Shown one piece after another: positions 1-12,869 of a stretch of 64,000 nucleotides of DNA; positions within the stretch are counted from its first letter, which is position 1; every line of letters begins with the position of its first letter. The position numbers and the translations under genes are program-made. The stretch covers positions 2,480,001 through 2,544,000 of the forward strand of contig CATNEN010000007.1 in NCBI GenBank assembly GCA_950097015.1, read 5' to 3'. Origin of the DNA: Macrostomum hystrix. Its lineage: Eukaryota; Animalia; Platyhelminthes. The notes beneath the pieces were generated by a model that saw only the letters and a program-made list of their open reading frames with translations, had not been told where the DNA came from and ran no database searches.

Positions 1-678
1 GCTGTAGGCTGCGGGCAGGTGTTTCAGAGCCTACCTTGCACCCCGACTCACTTCACAAATAGATTTTTTTGATATACGCATCGAAACACTACACTCAACT
101 CAAGTTGGTGTCATTGTCTGAATTCACGCCCGAGCAGTTCTGAGTCCCTGTGAGTACGCGTCAAACAATGGGAGAATTGAGAGGTGTTGGCGACACATTG
201 AGCGCAACCCACGCACCATTGAAGCCATGTGAGTTCAAGACTCAAATATTGAAACTGTCTGTTTGCTGCATTTCATAAATTGACACTGGCCCCCATAACT
301 GGATGAAGCTGGGAATAGAGTCTGTATTTTTCCATTATTTTTTACCTCTGGCTGCTGATATCAATTTGAGAGATGGGGACAGAAAAACAGCCACCCATTA
401 TGGGCCTCTGTAAACGGCTGCCATTCTCTCATTTCAGAACGAGGCCTTCCAGAACTATTAGCGAGTGATAAGCGAAATAACTGAGAAAGGCTTTTAGCGA
501 TATTTCGCATACCTGAGTAATCAACACAGCGTTTCTGAGCTCCAAGCAGTTCTAATTTAGCTGCCATTGCTGCTCGATATTTACAGGACGACAAGCTCAA
601 CTCAGACCCCCGCGAGGGATACTTAAGCGACAGGATGGCAGGTTTTTAGAACGTCTGGGCTATTTTTAGAACGGCCTG

Positions 679-899
679 ACAGGGAGTTGCAGGGATCGGG
701 CAGGGAGTTGCAGGGATCGGGAAGGGAGTTGCAGGGATCGGGCAGGGAGTTGCAGGGATCGGGCAGGGAGTTGCAAGTATTGGGCAGTGATTTGCAGGGA
801 TAGGGCAGGGAGTTGCAGGGATCTGGCAGGGAGTTGCAGGGATCCGGCAGGGAGTTGCAGGCACATGACAGGAACCGGCAGGGTTCGGGCAGGGAGTTG
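679..899. repeat. 21-bp minisatellite (GGGAGTTGCAGGGATCGGGCA), about 10 copies, degenerate at the right end
   Basis: 21-bp period visible directly; explains the repetitive ORFs 646-864 and 666-911. Confidence 0.9.
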
Positions 900-1574
900 G
901 AGCGTACTCAAAGTACTAAACCTACGTTTGTCTGACTATTTTATATGAATTTTTATTGCTGAAGGGCTTGTTGTAAAACTTAAATGCGGTGTCAAATTAA
1001 AAGCAAAATATCAATTCGTTTGAAACAGATTTCACCCTAGCTTAATCTCATGCAGATTGCGAGAAAAGCGAAACAAAATGTACAGGGCGTCTCCAAAATG
1101 CAGGCTTTTGAATTGCCTCTCCTCAAAAAGGCCGATTTTTCTAAGAATCGAGCCGAGAATTCTAATAAAATTAGGCTGCTGGGTGACAAGCCAACAATAA
1201 TTTCTGAAAAGGCATTTTAGCACCTCAGCCTGCATCAGGGTCGAGCACTTTAACAAATTCCATCCACCAATCATGGAATCTGCAAAATCCGACTTAAAAT
1301 TTGACATTTGGCGCTTTGTGGGACACAATTTTGTCCCTGCACTTTTAGGGTTTAATGGATGACGCACTGAAGGATCTCAGGGTTATTGCTGATGCACTGA
1401 AGAAACACAGTTCAAAGGACTCCGAAACGGATGGCCAAATTTGTGAGCAGTTTACTCAGCACCAAATGACGTGCTGGAAAGCGACAAGAAAAAAGTTTAC
1501 TGGCCCAGATACCAACCGTCGGTAAGAATTGAAACAAAGAATACAATCGTGAGACTTTATAAAAACATAAATCT

Positions 1575-1733
<159 letters not shown>

Positions 1734-3229
1734 CTGCACTTTTATTAATCTGCTGTCCTGACATGTTAATTAGTGCGTATGGCAGCTTTGACAGCTGGTT
1801 AATTGAAAAGTTATTGGTGCAGCAATGACCTATAGAATGGAATGGACAATCGGAATGGACAGCTTCAGGGTATTGTGAGCCAAATAAAGGGAAATAGTTG
1901 TATTTTATTATAATGAACTTTTAGTAATGAGCTAGAAACAGACTCCGATTGTTTGACAGTTGTCGAAATAACAAAACATAGTCTCATTGTGATGAAAATG
2001 GATAAACAAAACCATCGGGACTGTTTTTTGCAGACTGTTGTTCTAGAAAGCTTTCTATAGAGCTCAATATTATAAAGGCTCACATCCTTCTGCTATACTA
2101 CGAGCTATTTCCCTATAGAACGTGAGACACTGAGTGGATTGATTTCAGAAAGTTGACATTGCCCAACACTCTCCGGTGGGATTGGCTTCACAAAAGGGGA
2201 GGTGAACTGACTTCGTGACTGTAAAAACACGACAGCCGCACCCACGAGCTTTTTGCCTGGTTTTCTGGAATTTCTTGCTTGCCAAAGTTTTCCTTCTGAA
2301 TATGAAACTAGGCGACACAACAAGCCAGCCAGAGCCTTTTCCATCTAAACCTTGCCTTTAGTGTTTTCCAAGCGCTGGTAAATGAGGAAGCCTTTATTGG
2401 TTTTTACTCGTATTTTGAGCATGGAAACAAAATGCGTCCATGGAGATGGACGGAGGCATTTGAGTATTTTGATAGAACGAGGCACAGAGACAGAGATTGG
2501 CAGTGCAATAAATTCATTGGCAGCTAGACAGACAGAGAATCAGAGCACTCGATCGTTCTTTGAGTTCCCCAGGCCTCCCAGCTCAGTTCTGATTGGTCTG
2601 TAGCTCCGCAGCCAATCGGACAGTTCGGCTGAGGTGGTTCCAGGCACATCCAATTCATTGCGAAGTGAAGCTCTTCGCCCGTGGTTTCCAGGCGGAGAAT
2701 TTGTCGCATTGTTCGGCGCTAAAACTGTATCGTTCGACGAACCTCCCAGATTTAGGACGTCCACATATTGGGATAAATTTAGGGACGCCTAGACGACCGC
2801 CACTACAATCTTCAGACATTCTCCCTTCACGGTGTCTCGCCTTCTCGAGGGTAAGTTATTACTGATTCCATTAAAATATTACAGAGGGAAGGCAGAAGCG
2901 GATAGGGAAGATAGGGAAGAGGGAGCAGTACGGTAAAAAAAGAGGGGATTGATCAATCAAAGGCGGTGTGAGGAAGATTTGGAAAGAGAGAAAAAAGCGA
3001 ACCAAGGAGATGGAGAAGATGATGTCGTGGGGATCTCGATCTCCTACTACAATCTAACCCAAAAATCAAAGAGGAAGTCCGCCCATTGGCAACAGTGAGC
3101 TTTGGCTGAAGAACCGGTCAAACCTTAGAGATTTGCATAGTGTGTCCAGCCAGCTGAAGCCACAGCCAGGAAACCTGCGCCAGAACGCCTGAACGCCTCT
3201 CGTGCACCGAGTTCAGCTTCTTCCAAATT

Positions 3230-3700
3230 TTAATAGCTGTCATAGTCCAAGCAGTGCACTGCGGTCTTCAAAAACAGCATGCTTACCTTGATTTCCTTTC
3301 CATCTGTGATTTGATATTTTGTCAGGTACGACTTTTTCAGCCTGTTGACGACTAGAGCGATAGTTTTGCGCCATTTTGATCGACCTTTCTTCTGACGCCG
3401 CGTGCCTTCAGCAGAAAACTGGGCAGGCAAATAGAAGCGCTTCACATTTTAGCATCGACCGACACGCTGAAATGGCGGGAGGTTGCCGTCCCCTGAAACC
3501 CTTCTAACAAAAAGGAGTCAAACTGGTTCGATAAACCTACTGCAAGCAGCGGTACGTCGCATTGTCCTCAGCACTGACTGCAGATGATCTACAAACAGTC
3601 CGTCAAAGAACTGGATATGATCGAGAATTTCCGCCCTGTGGAAAATAAATTATCGATCGGAATTCGCACGATAAGCGATAGGTTCAGCATTTTGGGTACA
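3230..3700 (-). mobile_element. Heavily decayed non-LTR retrotransposon reverse transcriptase relic
   Basis: Minus-strand translations in different frames give LSNQFDS (cf. DLSKAFDS), LLKARGVRRKV (cf. LLxKLxxxGVxGK) and LKKSYLTKYQITDGKEIKVSMLFLKTAV (cf. SYLTNRxQxVxxxGxxSxxxxxxxGVPQG), in the expected order. Many stops and frameshifts. Confidence 0.45.
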
Positions 3701-6145
3701 GGGCGTACTGTTCGTGATCTATAACTCTGGTAACGTGAGACGCCAGGCAAAGGAGCCGTAACACCTTGATGGTAGCATCGGCATATTCAGCGCCTTTCCT
3801 CGCAGTGCGTGTTGAGCGAATAGCTCAACGTCCTTTGTATAGGAAGGTGCCGGCAAAGAGCAGACTATTCCCATCCAGCTCCTCGGTACTTTATCTCCTC
3901 TGGGTTCTCGAGGATAAGAGAATACTGCATCACAAGAACCAAAGGCATCGATTAAAAGAAAAGGCCCAAACAGGGTAGGTTTGAGCAGTTGGTGTGCGCG
4001 GCGGATGTGCCAGGACAAAGAAACGGACAGTAGCTACAAAGCTCAACAGCTCTTGCCACAATGAGCAGATGAAGCATGCGGGAGTGTGAGCTGGACGCTG
4101 TTCTGGGCTTTGAATATCCCATGAACTATGCAAATGCCGACGGGAGTAATTTAACGCTCTCGCTGAGGCCTGATTGTTGTCCGAGTCTCCACTTCTGGTG
4201 ACTGCAGACACCGACTTTAGCCAATATTTGGCCAACAAACAACTGCAGCCCAACTGGTCTGTAGAAACACGAGCCGATCGAGCAAAGCGTTCTCAGTTGG
4301 CCGAAGCAGTTTTTGCTAATTTGCATATTTCGCTACTTAATGATTGGATAATATAAAAGGCGATCTGACAGGCCGACGTAAAAAGCGCTCGCCTCTTGAC
4401 AGTTGCTAATGCAGAATACAATATTTCTGCAAGTTTTCACAACACTTCTATGATCTCTTGTAAAAAAGAAAATGTCTCGTGTTAAATGGTAAATCTTAAA
4501 AGCATCTACACCAAATCGTACATGGATAAGCGCAAGATTAGACGAGGTAAAGTATCACACTGGCAATCAGATTTGAACTTCTAAGCTTAGACTCAAAATA
4601 AAACCCGGACCCTGACGGAGATTGTACAAGTATCAAGACTTCAAAACTCAACTCTAGCTCATTGTGTACAATATCTCATTGTAAATTCTGCGATTAAATT
4701 TTACAAAAAACTTTGAGACAGCATTTATAAACTAATTACGCCCAAAATTTATTTCCGCTTGCATGTGGTAACAGGTTCTGGCCTGGCCAACCTAAGTGAT
4801 TGGTTTGCCACTCACAGAAGGCCTTTCACAATGAGTGAAAGCTGCACAGTTTTAGGAAAAATCTGTTGAGTTTCACTCCGTTTTTAAAGGAGTGAGCTCA
4901 AGTCTTGAACTGAAGTGTCTGGCCTGACTAGATTACCAATACATTAATCTAGGTACATTGTCCTTCAAGCGAAGAAAGGTTTACTCCGGTTCTACGCAGA
5001 TCACAAATGTGCTGTTAAGTTTCACTTAAAGCTATGCTGATTGACGCGGCTACAGTGACAGATGGTTCAACATTTCTGATCACAAGAGCTTTCAACAGTG
5101 CGATCCTCGCTATTGTCTGCTCTTCTGGTTTGTTTTCAGAGACAGAGTTCGGCGCAACCTGCTCAGGGGCAAGTACGAGCAACTTCATGCCTGCAGTAGC
5201 CTTTAGGCTCTTGAGCGCGAGTTCACGTGACCTGTCTTAAAGCACCGTCCGCATTAATACTTAATTGGGTTGGGGCCGTGGCCGCAATCGTTCAAGTGCA
5301 TCAATATTTCAACGCAGGCCAATCGTTTCTACATCGTTCTTCCATTAACATTTTTGCGCTTGCAGTACCATATCAATTTTCTATTCTTTTTGCTACCGTG
5401 TTTCATGGTTCACCTGAGTTATGCTGCTTTAGTCAATTGGCTGCACTGTGTGATTTGGGATATTTTATATTCGATAATGTTAGTATTAGAGCTAGGAAAA
5501 ACCGAAATGTATGCTGGAAAACAAAACTGCTACCAAAATACTAAAGGACCAGATGCAGCTACCAATCATGAAAGGCCAGAAGTTTATCTAGTGACTCGGT
5601 AATCAATTAATTCACTTCTCATCAAAATTCCGTACCTCGTTTTGAAGGTCAACTGGGGTACAGTCGTCAACGTTTGTATGCTTCAAGCCAGTGCACAGCT
5701 AATACGAGCGTAGTATCGAAATTGAAGTAAGCAAACAGGCAAAGACATTCCACCAGCTCACCTTTTACCTGGTCTTTTTCAGCAGTAAATCATCCGGGTG
5801 GGTCTACCGTAAATTAACCTAGCTCTATTGCATTCCACTAGTTAGGACTTCCGGTGAGACCATCAGATAGCATTGACAAGCATGCGACAGCAAGCAGTTG
5901 ATCACCGGGTGCAGTGGGAGGAAGAGGGGCAGGAGAGTAGCTTCAATGATTTCTGTACGGGCACTGCTCAGCTGTGACAGAAACAGTGGCATCACATTGA
6001 ATTGACTATATTTTTAAGCCTGGCCAACATGACATCGGGCCAGCCTTAATCCCTGAGTCAGCCAAGGCAGGTTGGCTTCATTCCGTCCATGTTTTCTCAC
6101 TTCTACAATTAAATTTCTTGGCATTTTGCTTGGCTACTCCGCTTG

Positions 6146-6889
6146 TGCCCCTTCATCTCACAGCTATCAGCCTCCAATCCATTCGCCCCTTCATCTCACA
6201 GCTATCAGCCTCCAATCCATTCGCCCCTTCATCTCACAGCTATCAGCCTCCAATCCATTCGCCCCTTCATCTCACAGCTATCAGCCTCCAATCCATTCGC
6301 CCCTTCATCTCACAGCTATCAGCCTCCAATCCATTCGCCCCTTCATCTCACAGCTGTCAGCCTCCAATCCATTCGCCCCTTCTTCTCACAGCTGTCAGCC
6401 TCCAATCCATTCGCCCCTTCTTCTCACAGCTGTCAGCCTCCAATCCATTCGCCCCTTCTTCTCACAGCTGTCAGCCTCCAATCCATTCGCCCCTTCATCT
6501 CACAGCTATCAGCCTCCAATCCATTCGCCCCTTTATCTCACAGCTGTCAGCCTCCAATCCATTCGCCCCTTCATCTCACAGCTATCAGCCTCCAATCCAT
6601 TCGCCCCTTTATCTCACAGCTGTCAGCCTCCAATCCATTCGCCCCTTCATCTCACAGCTGTCAGCCTCCAATCCATTCGCCCCTTTATCTCACAGCTGTC
6701 AGCCTCCAATCCATTCGCCCCTTCTTCTCACAGCTGTCAGCCTCCAATCCATTCAACCCTTCTTCTCACAGCTGTCAGCCTCCAATCCATTCGCCCCTTC
6801 ATCTCACAGCTATCAGCCTCCAATCCATTCGCCCCTTTATCTCACAGCTATCAGCCTCCAATCCATTCGCCCCTTTATCTCACAGCTGT
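6146..6889. repeat. 38-bp minisatellite (ATCAGCCTCCAATCCATTCGCCCCTTCATCTCACAGCT), about 19-20 copies
   Basis: 38-bp period read directly; the three long overlapping ORFs 6072-6990 are by-products. Confidence 0.97.
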
Positions 6890-7939
6890 CATGTTTAGCT
6901 TATATCAATCCCTTCTTCTACCTACACTTCCACAAACAATATTTGTTGTATGCGAGAAAATATTTCCGTATTATGTCAATTGACCTTTGATCATAATATT
7001 ATTTCATTATACTCTGCCTGCACCCTCCACCGACGGTCTCATTGTCGACCGTCGCATTGAATCGAAGCACTTTTCAGCCGCCTTTCAAGTGCAAAGCGTC
7101 TCTGCTTTTCCTTGATTAAGCAGCACAACTTTTTGATCAAGCAGTCGCCAACGCCTCGTCACCTCTCGGAAACAGCAAAACACTGTGGTGCCTTGTCATT
7201 CACTTATCGACAGCGTTGGAAAAAGGGGCTTCAGAAGCTTTGCGAAGCGAATCAAGACGGAGGATATTCATAAGTGACTATTGAGTCGATAGCTAAAGTC
7301 CGTTTCTCTCTTTCTATCCACCGCCCCAAACTCCCTCTCACTTCCTCACTCAAGTTCAGGTAGCTTTGCCAGTTTAAAAAAAGGAAGCGAAAAATTGCAA
7401 CCCTTCTGCCACATCTCATGCTCGTCTTTCCTTTCCCTGGTGCGGTGCCCGCCTGCAGAGCTCCGTTCAAAGCGAACCTGAATGGGAAGCGAAAAAGGGA
7501 CACAAGTAGGCTGAGACAAAAGGGAAGACAAATTGTTCGAAGCACTTAAAATATTTTTGCAGTGACACTGACATTGTGCAGCAACATTTAACCTTGAGTA
7601 TTTCAAAACTTTTATGTACCCAATAAAAGCATGCAGGCTTTCTCATTTCCATCAAACTACGAGTATTTTCGGGTATGAGAACTTCCTGGGAAATTGTGCA
7701 CTTAGATAATTTATCAACTGTAGCTCACTGGGATGCTGGCGCCTTCGTGAGCTAATCTCCAGGTGAACAGCGAAACCAGGATTTTTATTAGTTTTTACTG
7801 CCTGGCAATATGGCCAAGCACTAAAAGTCGGAAAATGAGGCGAGATGAAGCTGCAAGCTAAATCTTCCGCAAGATTTCTCTGTTGCTTTTTGGTTGCCAT
7901 CCGAGCCAATCTCCCCAGACTCCCTCGGCACCAGTTTTC

Positions 7940-9200
7940 ATTGTTTGCCGCATTGTCCGCTTTGGTCAGTGTGGCAATTTCCTGAACTAAGTGCAGAGAA
8001 AAAATAGGAGAATAAGGTAGTGAAGGAGGTAGAGATTGCTACGCCATTATTAAATGCTTTCCCTTGTGACTCTATGGACAAAAAGCAAGGCTTTCGCAGG
8101 CGAAGGCATTGATTTGTAACTTGCCCAACTAAGGCGCTGGTGCCAGCATTGACTGATCCCCCATTGTGGGGGGTCACCACATGGTCAGACATGGTCAGGG
8201 GTCACCACATGGGGGAAGCATCGAGGGAGGAACACAATGAGTTTCATCCCATTCATCATCCCCAGCTTACAATGAGAGTCGCTGCGGGCTACATTAGTCG
8301 ATCCTTAATTAAGCCATTTATACCTGAACTCACTCAAGGTCGAATGATGAGAATACTAATTTGTTTGTTTAGAGGAATACAAGCATGACAGTACCGAGAC
8401 CATTCTCATTACCTTCTGTTTGGTGCGGAGACCCAAACACAGGTATTAATAGAGCTCCCAGCTGCATACTTGTCTAGCGTGACTACCAGAGTTCATTGTG
8501 AGCAGCGGGGCGAGGCGAGTGATGTGTTTCTGCGGTGCATTCCCAGCAACGGAGCCCTTTGAATAAGTCAGTGCAGGAGTCAGAGAGAGCTCAAGTCAAG
8601 AAGTGTAAAAGCTGCCCCGTTGCTGGCTGAGCTAACACAAGGCTGAGCATTGGATGTTTCATGAGGCGCTTCGCTCCAACTCCAAGCTCGAGATCGGCTG
8701 CCTCTGTCCCTAACGTCTGGTCTCGTTTTTTGCTTCTCGGCCCGGCCCACGAGGCAATTGAGCGTGAAGGACCGCGGTCTGCAATCGGTCTCCCGGCGCG
8801 CCTGTTTAAGTCTGATCGAATTAGAGGCAGGGAAGATTATTTTATTGATCCCTTGGCTGCTGCCTGCCTAGTGTTTGAGCATGTTTGAGCTAACCTCAGA
8901 CTCTGCCTCCCAGGCTTCCTTCTCTTACTTTGAAGTCCCTAATTATTAGCGCACCAGAGGATCAATTTTCAGGAGAATCTTCGATTCTCGGAACCAATCA
9001 GTTCTCGGCCGTGCACCAGGATGACAAAGTCAGTCTGGCTCTTTCGTGGATCGTTTTCCGCCTTCATTAGTGGCCTTTCTGGTCTGTCGCAGCCGAATTG
9101 GAAGGTGCTGCACTTGCTCACTCAGAATATGCGCCGTCTAAAGTCTCTGCCGGCTGGCAAATTTCCCAGCACAATCTGCTGCGGCTGGACAGAGGGACCT
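7940..9200 (-). mobile_element. Possible decayed LINE fragment (ORF1-like part plus APE-endonuclease-like part)
   Basis: Weak minus-strand motifs: ARSDSHCKLG (cf. RxDRxxxxGGG) and CGDPPQWG (cf. GDFNAHHPxWG). The upstream part weakly resembles the similar relic near 2540-2764. Confidence 0.25.
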
Positions 9201-9596
9201 TAAGCATCAACATCGGGCAGTGTTTACTCACGGTGCTTGCAGCAATACCTACAAGATTAATCTGATCACAACATATACACTCTAGTTAGTATTCTAGAAG
9301 ATCTTTACCAGTAATTACAGGTGCACGATTAAAGTGTATTGGCTTAGAGAATTCAGAATATGAAAAAATACTCATTCACATAAGAGGGCATTTAGGAACC
9401 CCATAGGGGGGCAAAGTTATTGTCAGTTGGGTAGTGTGAGCGACCAACTCAGCCATAAATCGATGCTTGTCAGAACAATAGAGATGCTTGAAAGTTACCT
9501 GCTCAACTTTCATTTTGAATCCACTTGAATCTCTTTTTTCTCAGCATTGAAGTTCTGCAGCAGTTTCGTCACTCGCTGTGACCGAATTCATTATCG

Positions 9597-10421
9597 ATGC
9601 TGCCCGAAGCGGCGCGATTCTTCCTAGAGACCACGAGCATTCGCGGTGTTGGAAAGATTGTCAAGACGCAGAATGTGTTCCTCAGCCGCTTGTGGGCTCT
9701 GTTTGTGCTGGCTTCTACCACTCTGCTCTTCTACAGCGTCTTCAAGATCATCGCCGACTATCTACAATATGATGTCAACATTCAAACTTACCAGGATATT
9801 GATGACGCCACACCGTTCCCAGCCGTGAGCATCTGCAACAACCAGCCGTTCTCAAAGAACGCCTACCGCTTGTGGGCCGACAACCGGGTGCGCTCGCCCT
9901 CAGAGTTCAACAGGCAGTTGCGCCAGAAGGCTCTTAAAATGCTCACTAATCCAGACTTTCGAGCGGCGTACAAAATTGCCAATCAGTCGGAGGTGCAAAC
10001 GCTGCGCGAGTCCGTGCGGGATCGGACCTTCATGTCCATGCACACTTCGTTGGTGATGGACAACTCGCGAACCTACTATCAGAACACCGCCGCTAACGAC
10101 TCCATCCGCCTGGGCCACGAGCGCAATGAGTCTCTTGTTGAGTGCGTCATTAAATACTCAAGCCGACAGGCTCTGGCAACCAAGGGCTGCCACGACTCGA
10201 TGCTGACCGTTACGCAGTTTTCGGATCCGAATTTCTTCAACTGCATGACAATCGAGTTCGACGAGCAGTCCTGGAGTGAAGTGCTGAGCTTGACACTGAT
10301 TGTGTGGTTGGGACCAGACGAAAACTATGATATGCGACAGCGGCAGGGCTTTCTCTATGACGTTTTTGAGCAAGCCTATGGACTGCGAGTCGCCATTCAC
10401 GAGCCCAGGTCCCAGCCAAAG
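9597..10421 (+). CDS. DEG/ENaC (amiloride-sensitive sodium channel family) subunit, exon 1
   Basis: FLETTSIRGVGKI pre-TM1 motif, hydrophobic TM1, FPAVSICNNQPF, FFNCMT, GLRVAIHEP. Donor AAG/GTAAGA at 10421/10422, phase 0. Confidence 0.95.
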
Positions 10422-11498
10422 GTAAGAACTGATCGGCGTTTAAAAATGTTGAGAATTCTGTAATTCTCAAGTAAATACCTAACTTCTAAACTAGACAGCT
10501 AACTACTTAGTGTAGCTTCTACAATACCCAGCTTGATTATCTAGGTCCTTTTTTAACAAACGGCTTTTTAAGGCAAAGGGTTGAGTGGAAATGTAAATAT
10601 GAGTATGTCACTTGAGACAGAGAAATTAGATGAAGTCACATGTGGGATCGAATTTTCTTATCGCAACTCTTCTTATCAGAGCCAATTATAGACGAATTTG
10701 CAGTCACGAATACCACTTTAATATCTCAATAAACGAATTTAGTCGTGAGCACCTGGGACCCTAGGACCTGCTCCAGGAAAAGATAATTTCATCTTCCGGA
10801 GAATCTCTTCACGCAGCCTCTGTAATTTCCGTTTCTAAAAATGGTGGCGTCTTTATAGTGATCTGCAAGTCTAATGAACTGCCATGATGCTAATTGACTC
10901 GAAAAAATATAAAAAACCTCTTTCGAAGACACGTCCCGAAACTTCCGATCGAGCACTATACGACTGTCTCAAATTGAGCGCTTCCTTTGCGCAGCTCACA
11001 AGTCTTCACTAGAGAGGCTGTGGTACTGCAGGGTCGGCTCACTTGGCTGGCAATTTTTTAAGTGGTATCAAATATTCATCATCTGCTGCTTGTGGACTAA
11101 TTATTATATTCTAAAAAGCTAGGGATACATTTTTTGCGAAAAAATCTGGAATTACGAGTAGATGAACAAGATTTTGTCATCGATCCGATTTTAATGAATA
11201 ATTTTAAGAACTTATAAATGTTCCTGAGTCAGCATGTACCTCTGGCTCTAGGCTGGGACTTGTTAGTGGGCTCGACCAATAATCACCTCATCATGCGCCA
11301 GCTTTAGTAACTCTCTTTATGAATTGTGACTTAATATAAAAAGCCATTCTCTTTGCCGAAACGTTTTTGATAGAAATACGAGTACGAGTATTAAACGCCT
11401 GCAAGACGCTGAAGTCAATCCATTTACTTTGGCCGCTAACAGATTATCTAGCCTTTTAAAATAACAAATATTTTCGATTGCATATTGTAAATCTTCAG

Positions 11499-12539
11499 AT
11501 AATGGAGCAGGGCATTCAGACTGAGCCAGGCAAGATGAACGAGATCAAGTACCAGCCGGTGCGCTTCGTGCGCGAGAACACCCCCAAGAAGCCGTGCATC
11601 AGCCCCGAGGAGACGTCGCATGTGAAGCTACGCGACCTCTATAACTACTACGACTATGACCAGGAACTGTGCTTGGACTCCAAGGTGCAGGCCATGGTGT
11701 TGGAGAAATGTGGCTGCTTGTACATTGAGCTGCCTCGAATCGCCATACCGAATGCCACGCATCCGTACTGCGGCATCATTGATGATAAGATGGTTCAACG
11801 ATCTGTCTGCATTCAAAATCTGCATCCGCGCGAGCTGCGAAAGTCATACGAGGCCACAGATTGCCTGCCTAAGTGTGTCGATCGAAGCTTTGACAAGGAG
11901 CTTTCAGTGACCAAATGGCGCGACACGCAGTGGATGATCTACTGGATAAAGGAGCTCTGTGAGCGCTGGGACAACTACTTCGCCCAACTGAGGGATAATT
12001 ATCTGCCTCCAATTGAGGAGTACGAGAAGAGCCTCGATCACCTGCGAGATTACCTGGCTGCGCCCAACATAACCAATGTTACGCAACTGCTAGCCAAGGA
12101 TTCATTTAAGTTCGATGATCATTACACATTTTTGGTAGTGAAGCGTCAGAGTTATAACACGCTTGTGAAGAGGGAGAAAATTGTGTTAACGCTTAACGCC
12201 CTGTTCAGTCGAATCGGTGGTCTCTGCTCAGTTTACATTGGCCTCACACTGGCTTTCTTTATGGAATGCATCGAGCTGATTTTCAAACTTATCTGTGAAC
12301 GGAAGTCATCGAAGGATGCGAACGGAAGCAAACCGGAAGAAGGCCGGCAACCAGCCACTGCTGACGTTGGCGACAACGGCGAGCAGCTGGGCCTCATTCG
12401 GGCTGCAGACGATGCCCAGCCGTTGCAGACTGCCCCAGGAAAACTGGGTGCAGAAGAATCCTTGGAGAACAGGAAGCGTCTGAAGCACAAACGCCTGCAC
12501 AGCTCGGAAACTGCGTGCCAGGCTGCCTCTACCGTCTGA
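11499..12539 (+). CDS. DEG/ENaC subunit, exon 2 (spliced product about 621 aa)
   Basis: Acceptor cttcag/ATA, phase 0, giving HEPRSQPK-IMEQGIQTEPG. Cys-rich thumb domain, CLPKC, TM2 LFSRIGGLCSVYIGLTLAFFMECIEL, stop TGA. Confidence 0.95.
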   Translation: MMEQGIQTEPGKMNEIKYQPVRFVRENTPKKPCISPEETSHVKLRDLYNYYDYDQELCLDSKVQAMVLEKCGCLYIELPRIAIPNATHPYCGIIDDKMVQRSVCIQNLHPRELRKSYEATDCLPKCVDRSFDKELSVTKWRDTQWMIYWIKELCERWDNYFAQLRDNYLPPIEEYEKSLDHLRDYLAAPNITNVTQLLAKDSFKFDDHYTFLVVKRQSYNTLVKREKIVLTLNALFSRIGGLCSVYIGLTLAFFMECIELIFKLICERKSSKDANGSKPEEGRQPATADVGDNGEQLGLIRAADDAQPLQTAPGKLGAEESLENRKRLKHKRLHSSETACQAASTV

Positions 12540-12869
12540 TACCGCAGGTCAGAGTAACGGAATGGAAAACTACACACATTTCTCCTGCTTCAAGCGAACC
12601 CCTTTTCTGTTGACTCCTATTTTAATGGATCACTTGAACAAAAAACTTTTCTCCTAAAATATTTATCTGTGATTGTTTCTTTAGAGAGCAAAAAATAATA
12701 GTTTTTCTTTGTATTAAGATTCTAACTCTTCGCTGAAAGTTTCATTCAGGCTGATCGGCTAAAGCGTCAGTAAGTGCCCCATAAAAAGGCTTAGATATTA
12801 ATGTGTCCATGAATAGCCAAATTAAGTTGAGAATTGAGTGGCGACCGATCAGCCTGAATCGAGTGGAAA

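Noticed and set aside
6072-6990. Three overlapping 250-300 aa ORFs
   Set aside because: They are translations of a 38-bp minisatellite that happens to lack stops in all + frames.
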